From positions 434,001 to 498,000 of the forward strand of contig OZ287085.1 of NCBI GenBank assembly GCA_965645245.1: 64,000 nucleotides of DNA, read 5' to 3'. A model generated the notes under the pieces. It saw only the letters and a list, made by a program, of their open reading frames with translations, was not told the origin of the DNA and did not search any database. This document shows, piece by piece, positions 11,781-23,818 of the stretch (its first letter is position 1; each line of letters opens with the position of its first letter). The stretch is from Massalongia carnosa. Lineage: Eukaryota. The position numbers and the translations under genes are program-made.

Positions 11781-12148
11781 TTGACTGGTGTGTCTTTATT
11801 GTCGTATCTTGCAGCATCAAGCGCTCGAAAAGGAAACAGAAGCAGTGTATTTTGAAGATTTGTTACAATCGTTACTAAAACAACAAGTTAATGAAATTAT
11901 TGGATTCAAATGCTTATAATGACACAAAAGAGTCCATATAACAATTATCATCATTGGACAAAGGAAGGTAAAGGTAATCAATAGTCAAAGAGTAACTGTT
12001 TACACGTCAAATGTTCGACTATTCGTCAAGCGCCCATGTCAAACATGGGCGCAATCGGAATTACCTAGAACATTTCGGCTAATTGACTAATGTAGCCTAT
12101 TAGTCGACCATTTGACCAATTCGCGAGTCCTCCTGATTTCCCGATGTT

Positions 12149-14342
12149 GCAGAACGAATATCTAGATATGCTAAAACTAGAAGTTGAGAATAATACACAT
12201 GACGTCCGATAAAGAGCTCTAAACCCCTGGGAAATCACATAGACTTTATAGCCATGGCTTTCAACTCTTCTAGGAGCTTATAACACAGTGACACATGGAA
12301 GACTGATTCATAATCTTCGCAAAAGGAAAATCCTAAAATGGATTACTGACTGGGTGAACATTTTTCTGAAAGAAAGAAGCACTATTCTGGCGATTAATAG
12401 CCGAGTCACGGGAATATTCGATGTAAAAACCGGAATCCCACAAGGCTCCCCCATTTCTCATATTCTTTATCTGTTCTATAATGCAGACCTACTAGACATA
12501 TGTGAAAGACTAGGCAGCAACACGAGTGCTTTAGGCTTAGTAGATGACATCAATGTGCTAGCATACGGAAAAAGCACCGAAGAAAATTGTAAGACGCTAG
12601 AGGTAATTCACAAAAAATGTGAATAATGGGCAAGTCGACATGGTTTAGTCTTCGCTCCGAAGAAATATGAATTGATACATCTGTCAAGAAATCAGAAGAA
12701 ATTCAACATGTTCACTATTATTCAAATAGGAAATAAAATCATAAAACCAAAGACAGACATCAGAATTCTAGGACTTCAAATCGATTCAAAATTGAAATAG
12801 GGTGCTCACACAAGAAAAATCCAGGAAAAAATTACAAAACAATCCAAGGCATTGACAAAAATATCCACCTCCACATGGGGCGCCACTCTTCTAAAGGCAC
12901 GCCAGGTTTACACCGCGGTAGTCAGGCCGGCCATGACGTACGGCTCTACCATTTGGCACATGCCAAAAGAAATTCAAAAATGAATCGTTATCTCAAATAA
13001 AGTAGCTGTTATATAAAACCAATATCTAAGAAACATAGCCGGAGCCTTCAAAGCAACGCTCATAGCTGTACTAGAAGCAGAGACATTTGTAGGCTTAATT
13101 GACATACATTTAGATCAACTATAGACCCAGACCAGACAACGCCTGTGTCGAAATAGTCAAAAGAGTTTCATCACAAATGCATGCAACAAAATAGCAAATA
13201 AACTTCGAGGTCGGGCAGGACCCAAGAGTGCCCCAGTCATCACTCCAGGAACGCTAAAATACGCCTGGGCCAAGAGAATCATATCGGAGGCACATAACCC
13301 TCCAACACCGAAACCAAATCCACCATGGGCCGAATCCCCCCGAATCTCGCCCGAGATATAGGGGAGGCACGCGCCGCTCATAACAAAATAACTGCTCAAA
13401 TAAATAAACGACACACAGTTGCATGGCAGGCCTCGTGGAGATCATATCAGGAACGCACACCCGTTCCCACTCCGGCATAATTAGGTTTACTCTCCAAAAA
13501 ACGCATCAAATTGCACGAAACTCTAGCCAAAGCGGCGAGCGCGCTAGCCATTCAGATACGCTCAGAAAAGATAGCCCTAGCCGTCTTCCTATATAGACAC
13601 CGAGTCCCAGACGTCTCGTCCCCGAACTGCTCATGTGGCTGGCACAAACAGACTGTAAAACATGTGATTATGTTTTGCAAACTTAACGACAACAGAAAAA
13701 TCTGCTAAATACGATAGGCACAAATAACTATCGATTAATCACTGAGTCATCTAAAGCAATGAAATTAGTTACGAAATGGCTAATAAAGACAGATTTGTTG
13801 TCACAATTTCCGCTAACAGCACAGCATCTATACTGCTAACAGTAGGCATGCTTTGTTTCATTTTTTATACTTGTCTTAGGTCAAAGGTATTTTCATGGAG
13901 CACACGGCTGGGACCCGGAGGGTCCTCGGCTGGACACAGGATTGCATAGTTTTTCTTCCTCAAAAGGTTTTCCATGTACTATAAAACTAGATTGACTCGC
14001 CCGCATGGGCCGGCCTTCGGCCGGTACCACATCGGAATAAGAATCATTATTATCATCATCATCAACTCTTCTATTCTCGAATTGCCCTATCTCTGTTCCT
14101 ATACTAAATTTCCTAACATTATTGCTTTGACCTATCCCGCCTTTATCTATGCTGAAGCACTCTCAGTCATAAGCCTGGATAGTAGAGACGTTGAGATTGG
14201 ATACGGATTGTAGGAAATTGATAGTGCGCTGAGGGCGGCAGAAGAACCCCCGAGTACGATGGGTGAGGTTTCATAGCAATTGGCCCTGTTAAATACTAAC
14301 TCGATCAGGACAAGCAAGAGGGTGCAAAGCGATTCCAAGACA
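12149..14342. mobile_element. Degenerate LTR of the family seen at 55424-55913, interrupted by a LINE
   Basis: 12200-12272 plus 14074-14342 align by eye with 55495-55913 (GACGTCCGA..AAGAGCTC, TATAGCCATGGCTT, CCTGTTAAATACTAAC, ends ATTCCAAGACA). Left end not clear. Confidence 0.7.
12273..14061 (+). mobile_element. 5'-truncated Tad1-like LINE (RT C-terminal half, C-terminal CCHC finger, 3' UTR, ATC/ATT tail)
   Basis: TGIPQGSPISHILYLFYNADLL..GLVDDIN; CSCGWHKQTVKHVIMFC; 12-bp TSD TCAACTCTTCTA at 12261-12272 and 14062-14073; many stops. Confidence 0.92.
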
Positions 14343-14415
14343 ATTTTGTCTTAAAATATATAAAGATAATCCGATTTAATTAAATAAAGCTTTGTCGAAG
14401 AGCAGAGACAATATA

Positions 14416-14566
14416 TACGCCGCGCAACGGGTTGGGTTTTCGCTATAAAATTGCTTTCTCGCCACCGGGTTTTTCTTTAAAACTCAACCCGGACATCAAC
14501 AATAATAGCGTTCTCTACAAACGGGTTGGGGTTTCAATAGAGAATCCCGACCCGTTGCGTGGCGTA
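14416..14566. mobile_element. hAT-like MITE copy 2
   Basis: TACGCCGCGCAACGGG...CCCGTTGCGTGGCGTA; 8-bp TSD ACAATATA on both sides. Confidence 0.92.
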
Positions 14567-15105
14567 ACAATATATGTTTCACATGAATATTGTTGCGGGG
14601 TCACACGTACTATATAGATGATCAGGTGGCAGGACAGGCCTTTGCAGCCGAGAGTTGAAATAAAAGGGGCATTTTGCTGTCGGTTTTACCTGCACCTTTA
14701 TATACCTTTACATCTCCTGCACTTTTACTGTCAGGACTCGGGTGTGGGAGCGCTAAATTCAACGGCTCTTTCCGACTGAAGCTTCGGAGATAAGCTTCTA
14801 GAGCCGGATGAAAACTTCGAGAAGAAGGGCAAACGGGGCATATAGATCTCACATTCTTCTTTGTAGATAGATTTCTCCTCTTCATGCTTAGTCTCTTAGG
14901 TAGCTGACTACTATTCGTCTTCCCTGGATAGTGGTTCTTATATTTACATACCTTTATATCTTAACACATACATCCAAAAACTTCACATCTCGATATATAC
15001 GTCTCAAATTTTATATCTTTTCATACATCTACATATATATCTCGAAACAAATAATCTATGTCATATAGCTATAGTGATAACACATTCATCTATGTAGTCG
15101 TCTAA

Positions 15106-15217
15106 TCGAGTTCATTATATGTTTATGCTGTCTTAGAATCATTCGATCATTTGTGTGTGTTTACTGCTCAGTTAGCTATCTATAGATCACGTCGCACCTC
15201 CTTCTCTTAGCACGCAT
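15106..15217. repeat. About 110-bp repeat, inverted partner of 16226-16337; probable transposon terminus
   Basis: CATTCGATCATTTGTGTGTGTTTACTGCTCAG...GCACCTC...CACGCAT matches the reverse complement of 16226-16337. Confidence 0.75.
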
Positions 15218-15334
15218 ATTTGCAATTAATTACCCAGTCTTAATATGCTTTTTGAATTTATCTCGTTCATGTTTAAGAATTGAAGTAAAAAATAAAATAC
15301 AAATTGTTTCTTATAAAATAGTTGTATCGAGTGT

Positions 15335-16130
15335 CATGATAATGATGATGATGATAATTGATTCTTTTACCGATCTGACACCGGCCGAAGGCCGGCCCAT
15401 GCGGGCTATCTACTTATTCTTACAGGGAAAACCTTTTATAGGGATAAAAACCATGCAGACTGCACCATTATCCGAAACGAGTTCCGTTTCTGGACTGCAT
15501 TCTTCGCTCGATATTCTGTGAAATCCTTGACAAAATGAGAGTTATCACTTGTATAATAGTTGCGATGCTAGTGAAAATTGGGTCAGCAAATTTGCTTTTA
15601 TTATCCATGTGGTTAGTTTTTTCAACATTTTCGACGAGCTTATAATCGTTCGATAGTCGTTGGTGCCTATTTGTTTTAGCAATTCGTTTCTGCCGTCGAT
15701 TAGCCTGCAATATAGAATAATATGTTGGGTTGTCTGCTTCTGCTATCCGCACGAGCAGGCCGGAGTCATAACGCCCAGTACCCGACGATTGAACAGAAAG
15801 TTTGCAAAGCCTATTTTTTTGGTGCGGATTTGCGTGGTAAGCGCGCTTTCCGCTTTCATCAGGTTGTTGTGAATATTCAGTCTCGTCCTACTGAGAGATC
15901 CCAAATGTGCCTCTGCCGGGCGGGGAATGCGGTTCTGGTACGTCTTCCATTTATAGTCCTAGCGTTCCTTGATGCGTTCTGTGGTGGGTGTCATGATGAT
16001 ATCATACGTAAAAACGTTAATTTATTTTTTGAAGATAACGATTTTATGAATTCGCAGAGCTTTAATTCTGATAATTCTGTACTTCTTTTTCAGGGAAAAT
16101 CGATGAATAATGCATTAGTCATCATTACAT
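15335..16130 (-). mobile_element. 3' fragment of a second Tad1-like LINE
   Basis: Minus strand reads AESALTTQIRTKKIGFANFLFNRRV..PACSCG*QKQTTQHIILYC; same 3' hairpin and ATC tail as the LINE at 12273. The 5' limit is approximate. Confidence 0.82.
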
Positions 16131-16225
16131 AAAATGTCACGCTAAGTTCGAAATAAGAATTTGATCGACTTTATATTTTTTTTACTAATTCTATTCATGT
16201 TGAGACGAGGTGATAAATAGCAATG

Positions 16226-16337
16226 ATGCGTGTTAATAGAAAGAGGTGCATCGTGATATATAGATGGTCAGCTGAGCAGTAAACATACACAAATGATCGA
16301 ATGAGTCTACCACTGTATGCACATGTAAAGAACTCGA
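16226..16337. repeat. Inverted partner of 15106-15217
   Basis: See above; cut on the right by an LTR starting at 16339. Confidence 0.75.
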
Positions 16338-16338
16338 C

Positions 16339-16359
16339 TGTAACAGGGGTGATAATAAG
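16339..16359 (+). mobile_element. First 21 bp of a family X LTR (remainder at 30805-30974), split by the gypsy insertion
   Basis: TGTAACAGGGGTGATAATAAG matches the start of the intact X LTR at 28737. Confidence 0.85.
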
Positions 16360-17048
16360 TGTAAGGGGTCAAGTCTAACAGCGTGACTACTACATAGATT
16401 CGTGATGAATGTACGAATAGAGAATGGTAAATCAATAAATTGATCAGTGACCCCTCGAAAGAAGTAGGCGATCAGGTCTTTATCCTATAGCCCCACTTCT
16501 TCGGGTCGCGAGTCCGTTGATTTAATTACAGTGATTATGATTGGTACAATGAAAAGAAGAATACGAACACGAGCCGTGTCCTAGTCGGAGATCGGAGATC
16601 GGTTATAACTACCGATTCGCTTATGTCAGGACGTGCGTGACCTGACATTACCCTCCTTCTAGGGCTCATGTCCCCAGGAGCCCGATGTGGAAGTTCTGTA
16701 TAACTTCATGTCGCAAGTGGTTCTGGGTACTGCCCGAGTACTAGGGATAGCATCTTCAGACACACTTTATCCGTGTTCAGTCTAGAAGTCATGCTTGCTG
16801 TCATGAGTCCAAGTCTCAACTCTTTCTTATTTGTTTGTTGACGTCTCATCAGTCTTAACCCTTTGTTGTTGTTGAGCGTACCTTGCTGGAGGTACCAAAT
16901 TCATTGGGCTTAGTGTCTTCTTTCTTTTCATATCAACAGGTAGGGTTCGTTGTTCTTTCTCTTCAAACATCACCTCACCCAACTCCGTACTCCATATTTT
17001 CATTAATCTTTCATCACTTTACCATCAACCACTCTATCATCAACTCTC

Positions 17049-17520
17049 ATGTCGAGATCTAAACAACCTCGGCGTGTTGTTCCGGTTTCTGCCCGTTCAT
17101 CGCGGGCCAAGCGGTCCCACCCGGCCGTTTTACCCCCTCCTCGCCCCCGCCACCCTACCACTCCTGGTCCGCAGGACCATGTTTTCCTGGGTGTCGTGGT
17201 TTCCCCCGCCGCGCCACCCGTTTCCGCCCCGGATCGTGGCGGTTCCCTCTGCCTCCCCCTTTTCCGCTCCTCCACCCGCCCAATTGGGTGGGGCCTACCC
17301 TGGAGGTAAGCGTTTGCCTCCGGTGTGCCAAGCAGACCCTTGGGGGCGACCCTATTGCATGTGAGTGCTCCAAAGAGTCGGGGAAGTGTGGGGAGTGTCG
17401 CCGGAAGAAGGATAAATGTTTTCCGGTAGGTGGAGTTCTGTTATGGAAAATTTGATCTAATTTGGGTAGGTTCCAGTCAATTTCCGCTGCTCGGTGGCTT
17501 ATCTCTTGGTGGAGATCTAG
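17049..17520 (+). pseudogene. Antisense accessory gene in gypsy A copy 2: Arg/Pro-rich N-terminus, Cys-rich motif, putative 44-nt intron
   Basis: After one frameshift near 17255 it reads VCLRCAKQTLGGDPIACECSKESGKCGECRRKKDKCFP (Cys 17315-17419), GTAGGT donor 17426, CTAAT branch, TAG acceptor 17469, then VPVNFRCSVAYLLVEI*. Confidence 0.55.
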
Positions 17521-17689
17521 TGTCGAATTAATTTAATCATTTTTTGACACTTTTAGGCCGGATTAGAGGTTGGACCCCCTCCAGGGGAGGATATTTTGGT
17601 GGATTGAAAAGGGGGTGAAGGGGTGAGAGAAGGTGGTTGTGGTGTGGTAGATAGCAGTCTGATCCTGGATCATTCGACTCCAATGGAAA

Positions 17690-18359
17690 TGGTTCATGCC
17701 TTCGATTTTCTTTTCTTCCTCGTAGGAGTTCTGGAAGGTTTTTCCGGATATTGATTATGATAGGAAATAATTAATTCCTGTGATCCTTCCACGTCTTCTA
17801 TGGATAACCATTGATTATCCGTATCGGATAATCCTATCCATTTCACTAGATATTGGTTGTTCTTCCCCTTCTACTTCTATGGGTAGAGGCGGTTCAGATA
17901 TTTTGTTCGGGTCATATCTATAAGGTTCCAATAGGGAAACACGGAACACATTATGAATACCCTTCCATAACGGAGAAAGTTGGAGTTTGTAGGCCTGTTT
18001 TCCTATAGGAGAGACAATTTCGTATGGCCCGTAATATTTGTAGTCCAGTTTTTTGGACGGACGAGTGGATTTAATATTTTTTGCGTTCAGGAGGACTTTA
18101 TCACCCATATTATACGTCTTGGGAATATGTTTCTGATCATAATATTTAGCCTGGGTACTTGAACCTGTTTGTAATAATTTCTCCAGGTGTTTTCTTTTGT
18201 CCATTATGTCAGTAGCCAGGACGCGTGCAGCAGGAACCTCGGACCCCTTTTCAGTCAGAATTTCATCTTCCCATTTGGGCGCTTCTCCAAATATAGCTTC
18301 GAAGGGGGTCATTTTTTTGACACTAAGTAAGCTATTATTATAAGCGAATTCTGCCAAGG
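17690..18359 (-). pseudogene. Integrase C-terminus and partly deleted chromodomain of gypsy A copy 2
   Basis: AEFAYNN..TPFEA..KKLDYKYYGPY..HNVFRVSLLEPY; continues from 25705 once the insert is removed. Confidence 0.9.
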
Positions 18360-18849
18360 CACGCGGGGGACAAAAAAAAAACTACACCAAAATTTAACCG
18401 GGTTCAAGCCCCCACCAAAACACAAGCAATTTCCATACAATTTTGATAGGATAATCACCATTTCAACAACCAGTCATCCAATTCATTCAATCTATTCAAT
18501 AACAAGTCATTTTACCCTCACCATCCAAAACAGCTCTCAATCTACATCGGGAAATCGGGAGGACCCGCGAATTGGTCAAATGGACGACTAATAGGCTACA
18601 TTAGTCAATTAGCCGAAATGTTCTAGGTACTGCCGATTGCGCCCACGTTTGACATGGGCGCTTGACTAATAGTCGAACATTTGACCTGTAAACAGCTGCT
18701 CTTTGACTATTGATTACTTTTACGTTTCTTTGTCTAATGATGATAATTGCTTTATTGACTCTTTTGTGTCATTGTAAGCATTTGAATCCAATAATTTCAT
18801 TAATTAACTTGTTGTTTTAGTAACGATTGTAACAAATCTTGCGTTGGTC

Positions 18850-21374
18850 AAAATGCACTGCTTTTGTTTCCTTTTCGAGCGCTTGATACTGCAAGATACG
18901 ACGATAAAGACACACCAGTCGAGTATATTATCAAGATTTGGTTTAAATAATGTAATGTGAGTTCTCCCATATTGTCGTCCTCCCTCGCAGAGTTTTCATC
19001 TGCTTGAGATTGCGCCCAGTTTCCTCTTCGTATCATTATTCTATGCACCTGTTCCACCCGATCCAAAAACGAACTATATTCCTCCTCAAAGCTCAATACG
19101 GCCTCGGGAAATGTTGGTACAGTATACCAGAGCGACTCTCCATCTTTCATTCCCACAGCAATCTACCACTCCTTCCACGTTGCATCATACCTCATCCGAA
19201 TCCGCCAGTCTTTCCCCATGCGTAAATCGTAATCTACCGCAACTTCTTGACCCGAATATGTCGTCACGATTGCGTCTTGCGCGAGTGGAGTTGGAGTTGA
19301 CAATATCTTGTCGTTAATCTGTTTCCAACGCAATTGTTAGACTAACAGATATTCTACAAACAAAGCGAATACTTACGAAGGATAAACTTGATGCGCTGTG
19401 CTTTAATTGTGAGGGTCCACGTTGCGAAGAATTCTAGGAGAGATGTTAATACCATGTAGAACGCGGTTAATAAGATTGCATACCTCGTGGCTCGTTAACT
19501 GCGGCGGTCTAGGTGAAGAGGTTTCCTTTCTATTGTTGTTACTGATAATTCCAAAGCATAATACCAATCAAGACATACCGAAAAACCCGAATGCACCTCC
19601 TCGCAACGAACGATCGAAGCTCTACACGAAGATGTCAAGGAAGAAAGCCGCGCTGTCGACCTGACCGACTTTGTCATTTCATCTCCCGCATCAAGATCTA
19701 CAAGATCGTCAATAGAAGTGGCAAATGGATTGTGGACAGCTTTTGTGACCGCCGAAAAGTCCCCATCTCTTTGTCCAGTCTGACGCATAACCCGCCGATG
19801 AATGATTCTTTGTAACAATATCTTTCTCTCCGAGGACTGTTGATTCCAGGTGTTCGTCATTCGAGTATGGATTGCTTTTCAGTATTAATGCCTCAACTCA
19901 GCAAAGATTATATTGATACAAACTTACTCTCTCGCTGTGACCCATCAAAAGCCTGTACCTTTTTTTGCCCGTATTCGTACTCTCCAATAGCATGTTGAAT
20001 CAGGGTTGCTATCAATATCATCACTTCTCCTCGAAGTGGATTGAACAAATGCGCAGTATCGGTATTGCGTCCATAACTGCAGTCATTGTCGTTATTGAAG
20101 AATATCAGAGTAACTGCCTTTATCAAGATAGGCGCGAGAAACTGCTTTTTCGGAGCTTACTCGCGAGTTAGTTAAACTTTATATCAAGCTAACTAGGATA
20201 TATTAACCGTTGATAAATCTTCGCACAGAAAATGAAGATCGTCTAGCAAAGTGGACACGAATATTCGACAGTCGCTCTGAACTGAGAACGGGTATTCGTT
20301 AGCCACAAGCAATCTCACATTGCTCAACATTTGAGAGCGAAAATCCGTTGTCGAATCATAAATCTAGTCTCAGATTAGTTTTTATATGTACAAATCCGTT
20401 GTAAGCAAGACCTCACCTACCCTGCGAGCCTCTTTGGAGGTGGGAAGCTCTGCTACGTCGACGTTCCGGTTGCCAGGAAGGTCACCGAGACGCTTCGCAA
20501 GGTCCTGCCAAGTACGACTCATTAATTTGCTCAATCGAGGCTTCTGTGTGTTCGCCCAAGGCGAACATAATTCAACCGCGTGTCCGGACGTTATCAGAGC
20601 GTTGAAAAAAGGAATCATGGCACGTATTATTAGTTGATGAGCAGGGCTAGAGTTGAACTTGGTTCGCCTTGATATGTCACCCCAGAGTAAACGATAAACA
20701 TCTATTTTTTTTTATTTCGGAGACTGTCTCGTCCTCCGTTATGCCAGCCCTTGTGCCGGAAGTAGACTTGATCAGGAGGACCTTTGAGATCTCGAGAGTT
20801 TGCGAGGAGAGTGTCGCAGGCAAACCCCGACGAGTGCGTATTTGTGAAAGCGACAAGATATTATCCAGCGCGCGGGAAGGGTTTCTCGGTGGAGACGAGG
20901 GGAACGTTTCCCTTCGTAAGGAGCTCCTTCGAGATGGAGAACTTGAGCTGTATAGAATACCGCGGCCTACGCCGGCCCGTGATATCCTCGCCACATACTT
21001 AGTTATCGGCGTTTTCTGTTCTAAGTCAGAACCCGATACATGCATTCATGACTGTAATATTTACACTCGGCTGGAAACTCGCATCGCTTGAGTCGTTGCC
21101 AGTACTAGATTAAGCCAACTCGTCCACACAAGACAGGCGATGTGAGCGTTTGTTGTCTCCGTAAGTGTTATTTCCATCAAATTGTGCACGAGAGCGTTTT
21201 AGTTGTGTCAATGTAGGCAAGTCTTCCTCGGAAGGCGAATCATCAAAATCCTGAGAGTTCTCGAAGGAAAAGCAAAGTCAGCCGATACGCGTTGGTTTCT
21301 ATACATCCTGGGGAGGTTCGTACCATTGTGATTCTTTGTGGGTTGTTGATAGTGGTTGCCTTTGATGTTGACAT
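18850..21374 (-). pseudogene. Second copy of the multi-exon gene of the CATCGGG element
   Basis: ORF fragments 19908-20126, 20382-20618 and 18848-19156 match 10583-10801, 10096-10335 and 11376-11780; ATG at 21374 (MSTSKATTI). Confidence 0.6.
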
Positions 21375-21685
21375 AGTGAAATAAAAGAAGCAACACTGAA
21401 TATGCAATACCTGTGGATTTGGGAAACGAGCAAAGTAGAAGAGATCGACGCGAAAAGTAAAATGTTCCCAAATCTAGCGTGTTAGGATCGTTGACTTTGT
21501 TATGATATGCTAACGGATCCTGTTAGATTAAAACAGCCCCTGTTAGATCAAGAAAACCCTGTTAGATCAAGAAAACCCTGTTAGATCAAGAAAATCCTGT
21601 TAGCTGTTAGATTAGGGTTAGTTGATGTTAGCTTACCGTAGATCATCTCTGTAAAAGGTTCAGTATGTCAAACCTCACATACTTA

Positions 21686-21984
21686 CTATACCCCCCCTGA
21701 ACAATCTTGAAAACATGGGTTTTTTGCAAGGGGAGGACGGGAGTAATGACTTGACAGCACATGGGTGGAAAACCAGGGCTTCGAGCCAATCAGGACATGT
21801 AAATATTTTTTACTGTACAGCCCTACAGGGAATCCCTTAGTGATTTTACCTCCGTCCCCAAATATCCAGAAGATTCGACTGTCTGATTGGCGACAAGCCT
21901 GTATCCACGCCCGTTTTCACCCTAGCACACACCCCCGTACTGTCCTTGCAAAATCCCATGTTTTCAAGATTGTTCAGGGGATAG
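21686..21984. mobile_element. About 300-bp Tc1/mariner-type MITE
   Basis: TIR core CCCCTGAACAATCTTGAAAACATGGG at both ends, TA on each side, no coding capacity. Confidence 0.85.
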
Positions 21985-23818
21985 TATAATGATATCCGTT
22001 CACCTGTAACAATAGTTACCAGGTATCATGGAAGCGGCAACGAGTCCGTGGCACTTCAGACCTGAAGCGTTGAAAACGGCGGACATAGCAGAGGACAACA
22101 GTGTTCTTTGCGGAGACGATAGTACTGAATATAGTAAGCACCCCCGAAAAGCCTAATTCCTGCCCCAGACCTGCTCATCGACGCTCCGCAACGGCCCTTC
22201 GCCACATTCTTCGTGAACTGAATGTTCACCTTTTATACCACCTCATGGAAATCATCTAGACCATCTTTCGTCAACCATTTATCTACCATCCAGATCACAA
22301 CCCAGATTACCTTTGACCACCATCCAGACCACCATCCAGATCACCGTCCATACCACCTTTTGACTATCATCCCAACCACCTCTTGTCCACTATCGATACG
22401 ATCATCCATATTATCTTTGACCTCCGTCCATACGAAGGAAGCTGTGGCATGTGTAATCTATATTCCGATGAACAAATCAAGTAGTGGACTCCATTTGTCA
22501 GGTTAATATAACCAACCGAGTCCATTTTTATTGCGACCGAGAGCGCCCCCCTATCGCACATCCCATATATCTAGACCTTCATGTGCTCTTGAATCCTTTA
22601 GACTTGATGGATTGGGTGTTTAGTTTATGTTTGGGATTATAACTTAACGTTTGGGATTATAACGTAATGTAACGGTTCGACCATGCGTGGTCTCGACAGC
22701 AGGACCTACAGCGAACATGGCAGGAGTCCCAGTTATAGTAGAATAGAGCTTGGTCTGCGGACTAAGTATTGTGCCTTTTAGTCGGGAGGACAGGTGGCGC
22801 AATGGTAGAAATATATTCACTATCTCGCTTCGTCACACGTAACCTGTTGTGTTATATTAGGATTAACGAGAATTGGTTTCTTAAACGCATGCGCTTTTTG
22901 GTAGGATAAGGAAGGGCTTCCGTCTAAGAGGGACTGTTGTTCCAGAACAGATGAGCTTAGTATGTCGTCGCGGTAGTAGTTGGTCTTCTAAGATTTGGGC
23001 TCTGTAGGCATTAAGCAGGCTTTCTCGTCATCAAGTAACAGATAATCATCAATTCAAAGAATAATGAGAATCACAACCACGTAATGATGTAGAATACTGT
23101 TGATCTTCGAGAACTGAATGTGCGTAACATTATCTTCGATAAGAAATGTAAGGTGGGTTGACAGAGTACGCAAGGTACAAAAGCTGCAACGAAGTCAATA
23201 TATGACGATGCGACATGTAAAGAGAGCAGCTGAACAACCAAAATTACTCTGCGACGGATAAAGAGGACGTAAAGATAGGATAGAGTGGATAATATAGGAC
23301 TGAATTGTTAAAAGGTCAAGGTAAAGAGAATAATAAAGCTTATCGAGACGAGAAGTAAAGACAGAGCGACTATTATTTGTTGAGATGCAGGTTGCACTGA
23401 CTAATATGACGACAAGACGTACAATAGACAAAGGCAACTGACTAAAGGTTGACGAATAAAGACTAAAGAACCCAAAAAGTCGAATATTTAATCATCAAGA
23501 TCTATTAGTCATCTCCCGATTTCCCGATGTATCTGGCATAGTAGACACCCGTTCATTGATAAATGCCTGGGAAACGTTCGCCCACCCCTCATAAATTAGC
23601 CCCTTGGTCGTATCATCATCCCAATGAGGATATTTTTTTTAATATTGCTTCGGGGCCTGCCAGCAATTTTCTATGGGGGCCAAATCAGGTGAACATGGAC
23701 AGTTGAAATAGTGCTTCAGATCATTGTTCTGCTTCCAAGTGCGTACAATGTTTGATTTGCCTGGTCCATGTCCAGAATCACCGTCTTCATCTAAGACGAA
23801 ATCGTGTTTTGCTTCAAT

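Larger units (their letters stand above)
8126..12146 (+). mobile_element. CATCGGG-ended DNA transposon with 2-bp TSD (CACTA/CMC-like, non-autonomous), copy 1, 4021 bp
   Basis: 17-bp TIR CATCGGGAAATCGGGAG (one mismatch at right), flanked by TT/TT; many short TTAGTC/TTCGTC/TTCGAC subterminal motifs; second copy at 18545-23529. Confidence 0.85.
18545..23529 (-). mobile_element. CATCGGG-ended element copy 2, 4985 bp
   Basis: Perfect 17-bp TIR CATCGGGAAATCGGGAG; 2-bp TSD TA, confirmed because removal restores the host transposase codons MPDRLRAV; inverted homolog of 8126-12146. Confidence 0.9.

Noticed and set aside
14622..14885. 87-aa ORF with CPVC
   Set aside because: A single CxxC with no other support.
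15106..16337. TIR element that captured a LINE fragment
   Set aside because: The terminus-like ends (…CACGCAT and ATGCGTG…) face the inner sequence, which fits two separate element ends back to back; no outer TSD found.
22670..22830. tRNA or SINE suggested by TGGCGCAATGGTAG (A-box-like) and GGTTCGA (B-box-like)
   Set aside because: The boxes are in the wrong order and no cloverleaf can be folded.
8126..23529. One giant foldback element formed by the 4-kb inverted repeat
   Set aside because: Each arm has its own TIRs and TSD and sits in a different host, so they are independent insertions.
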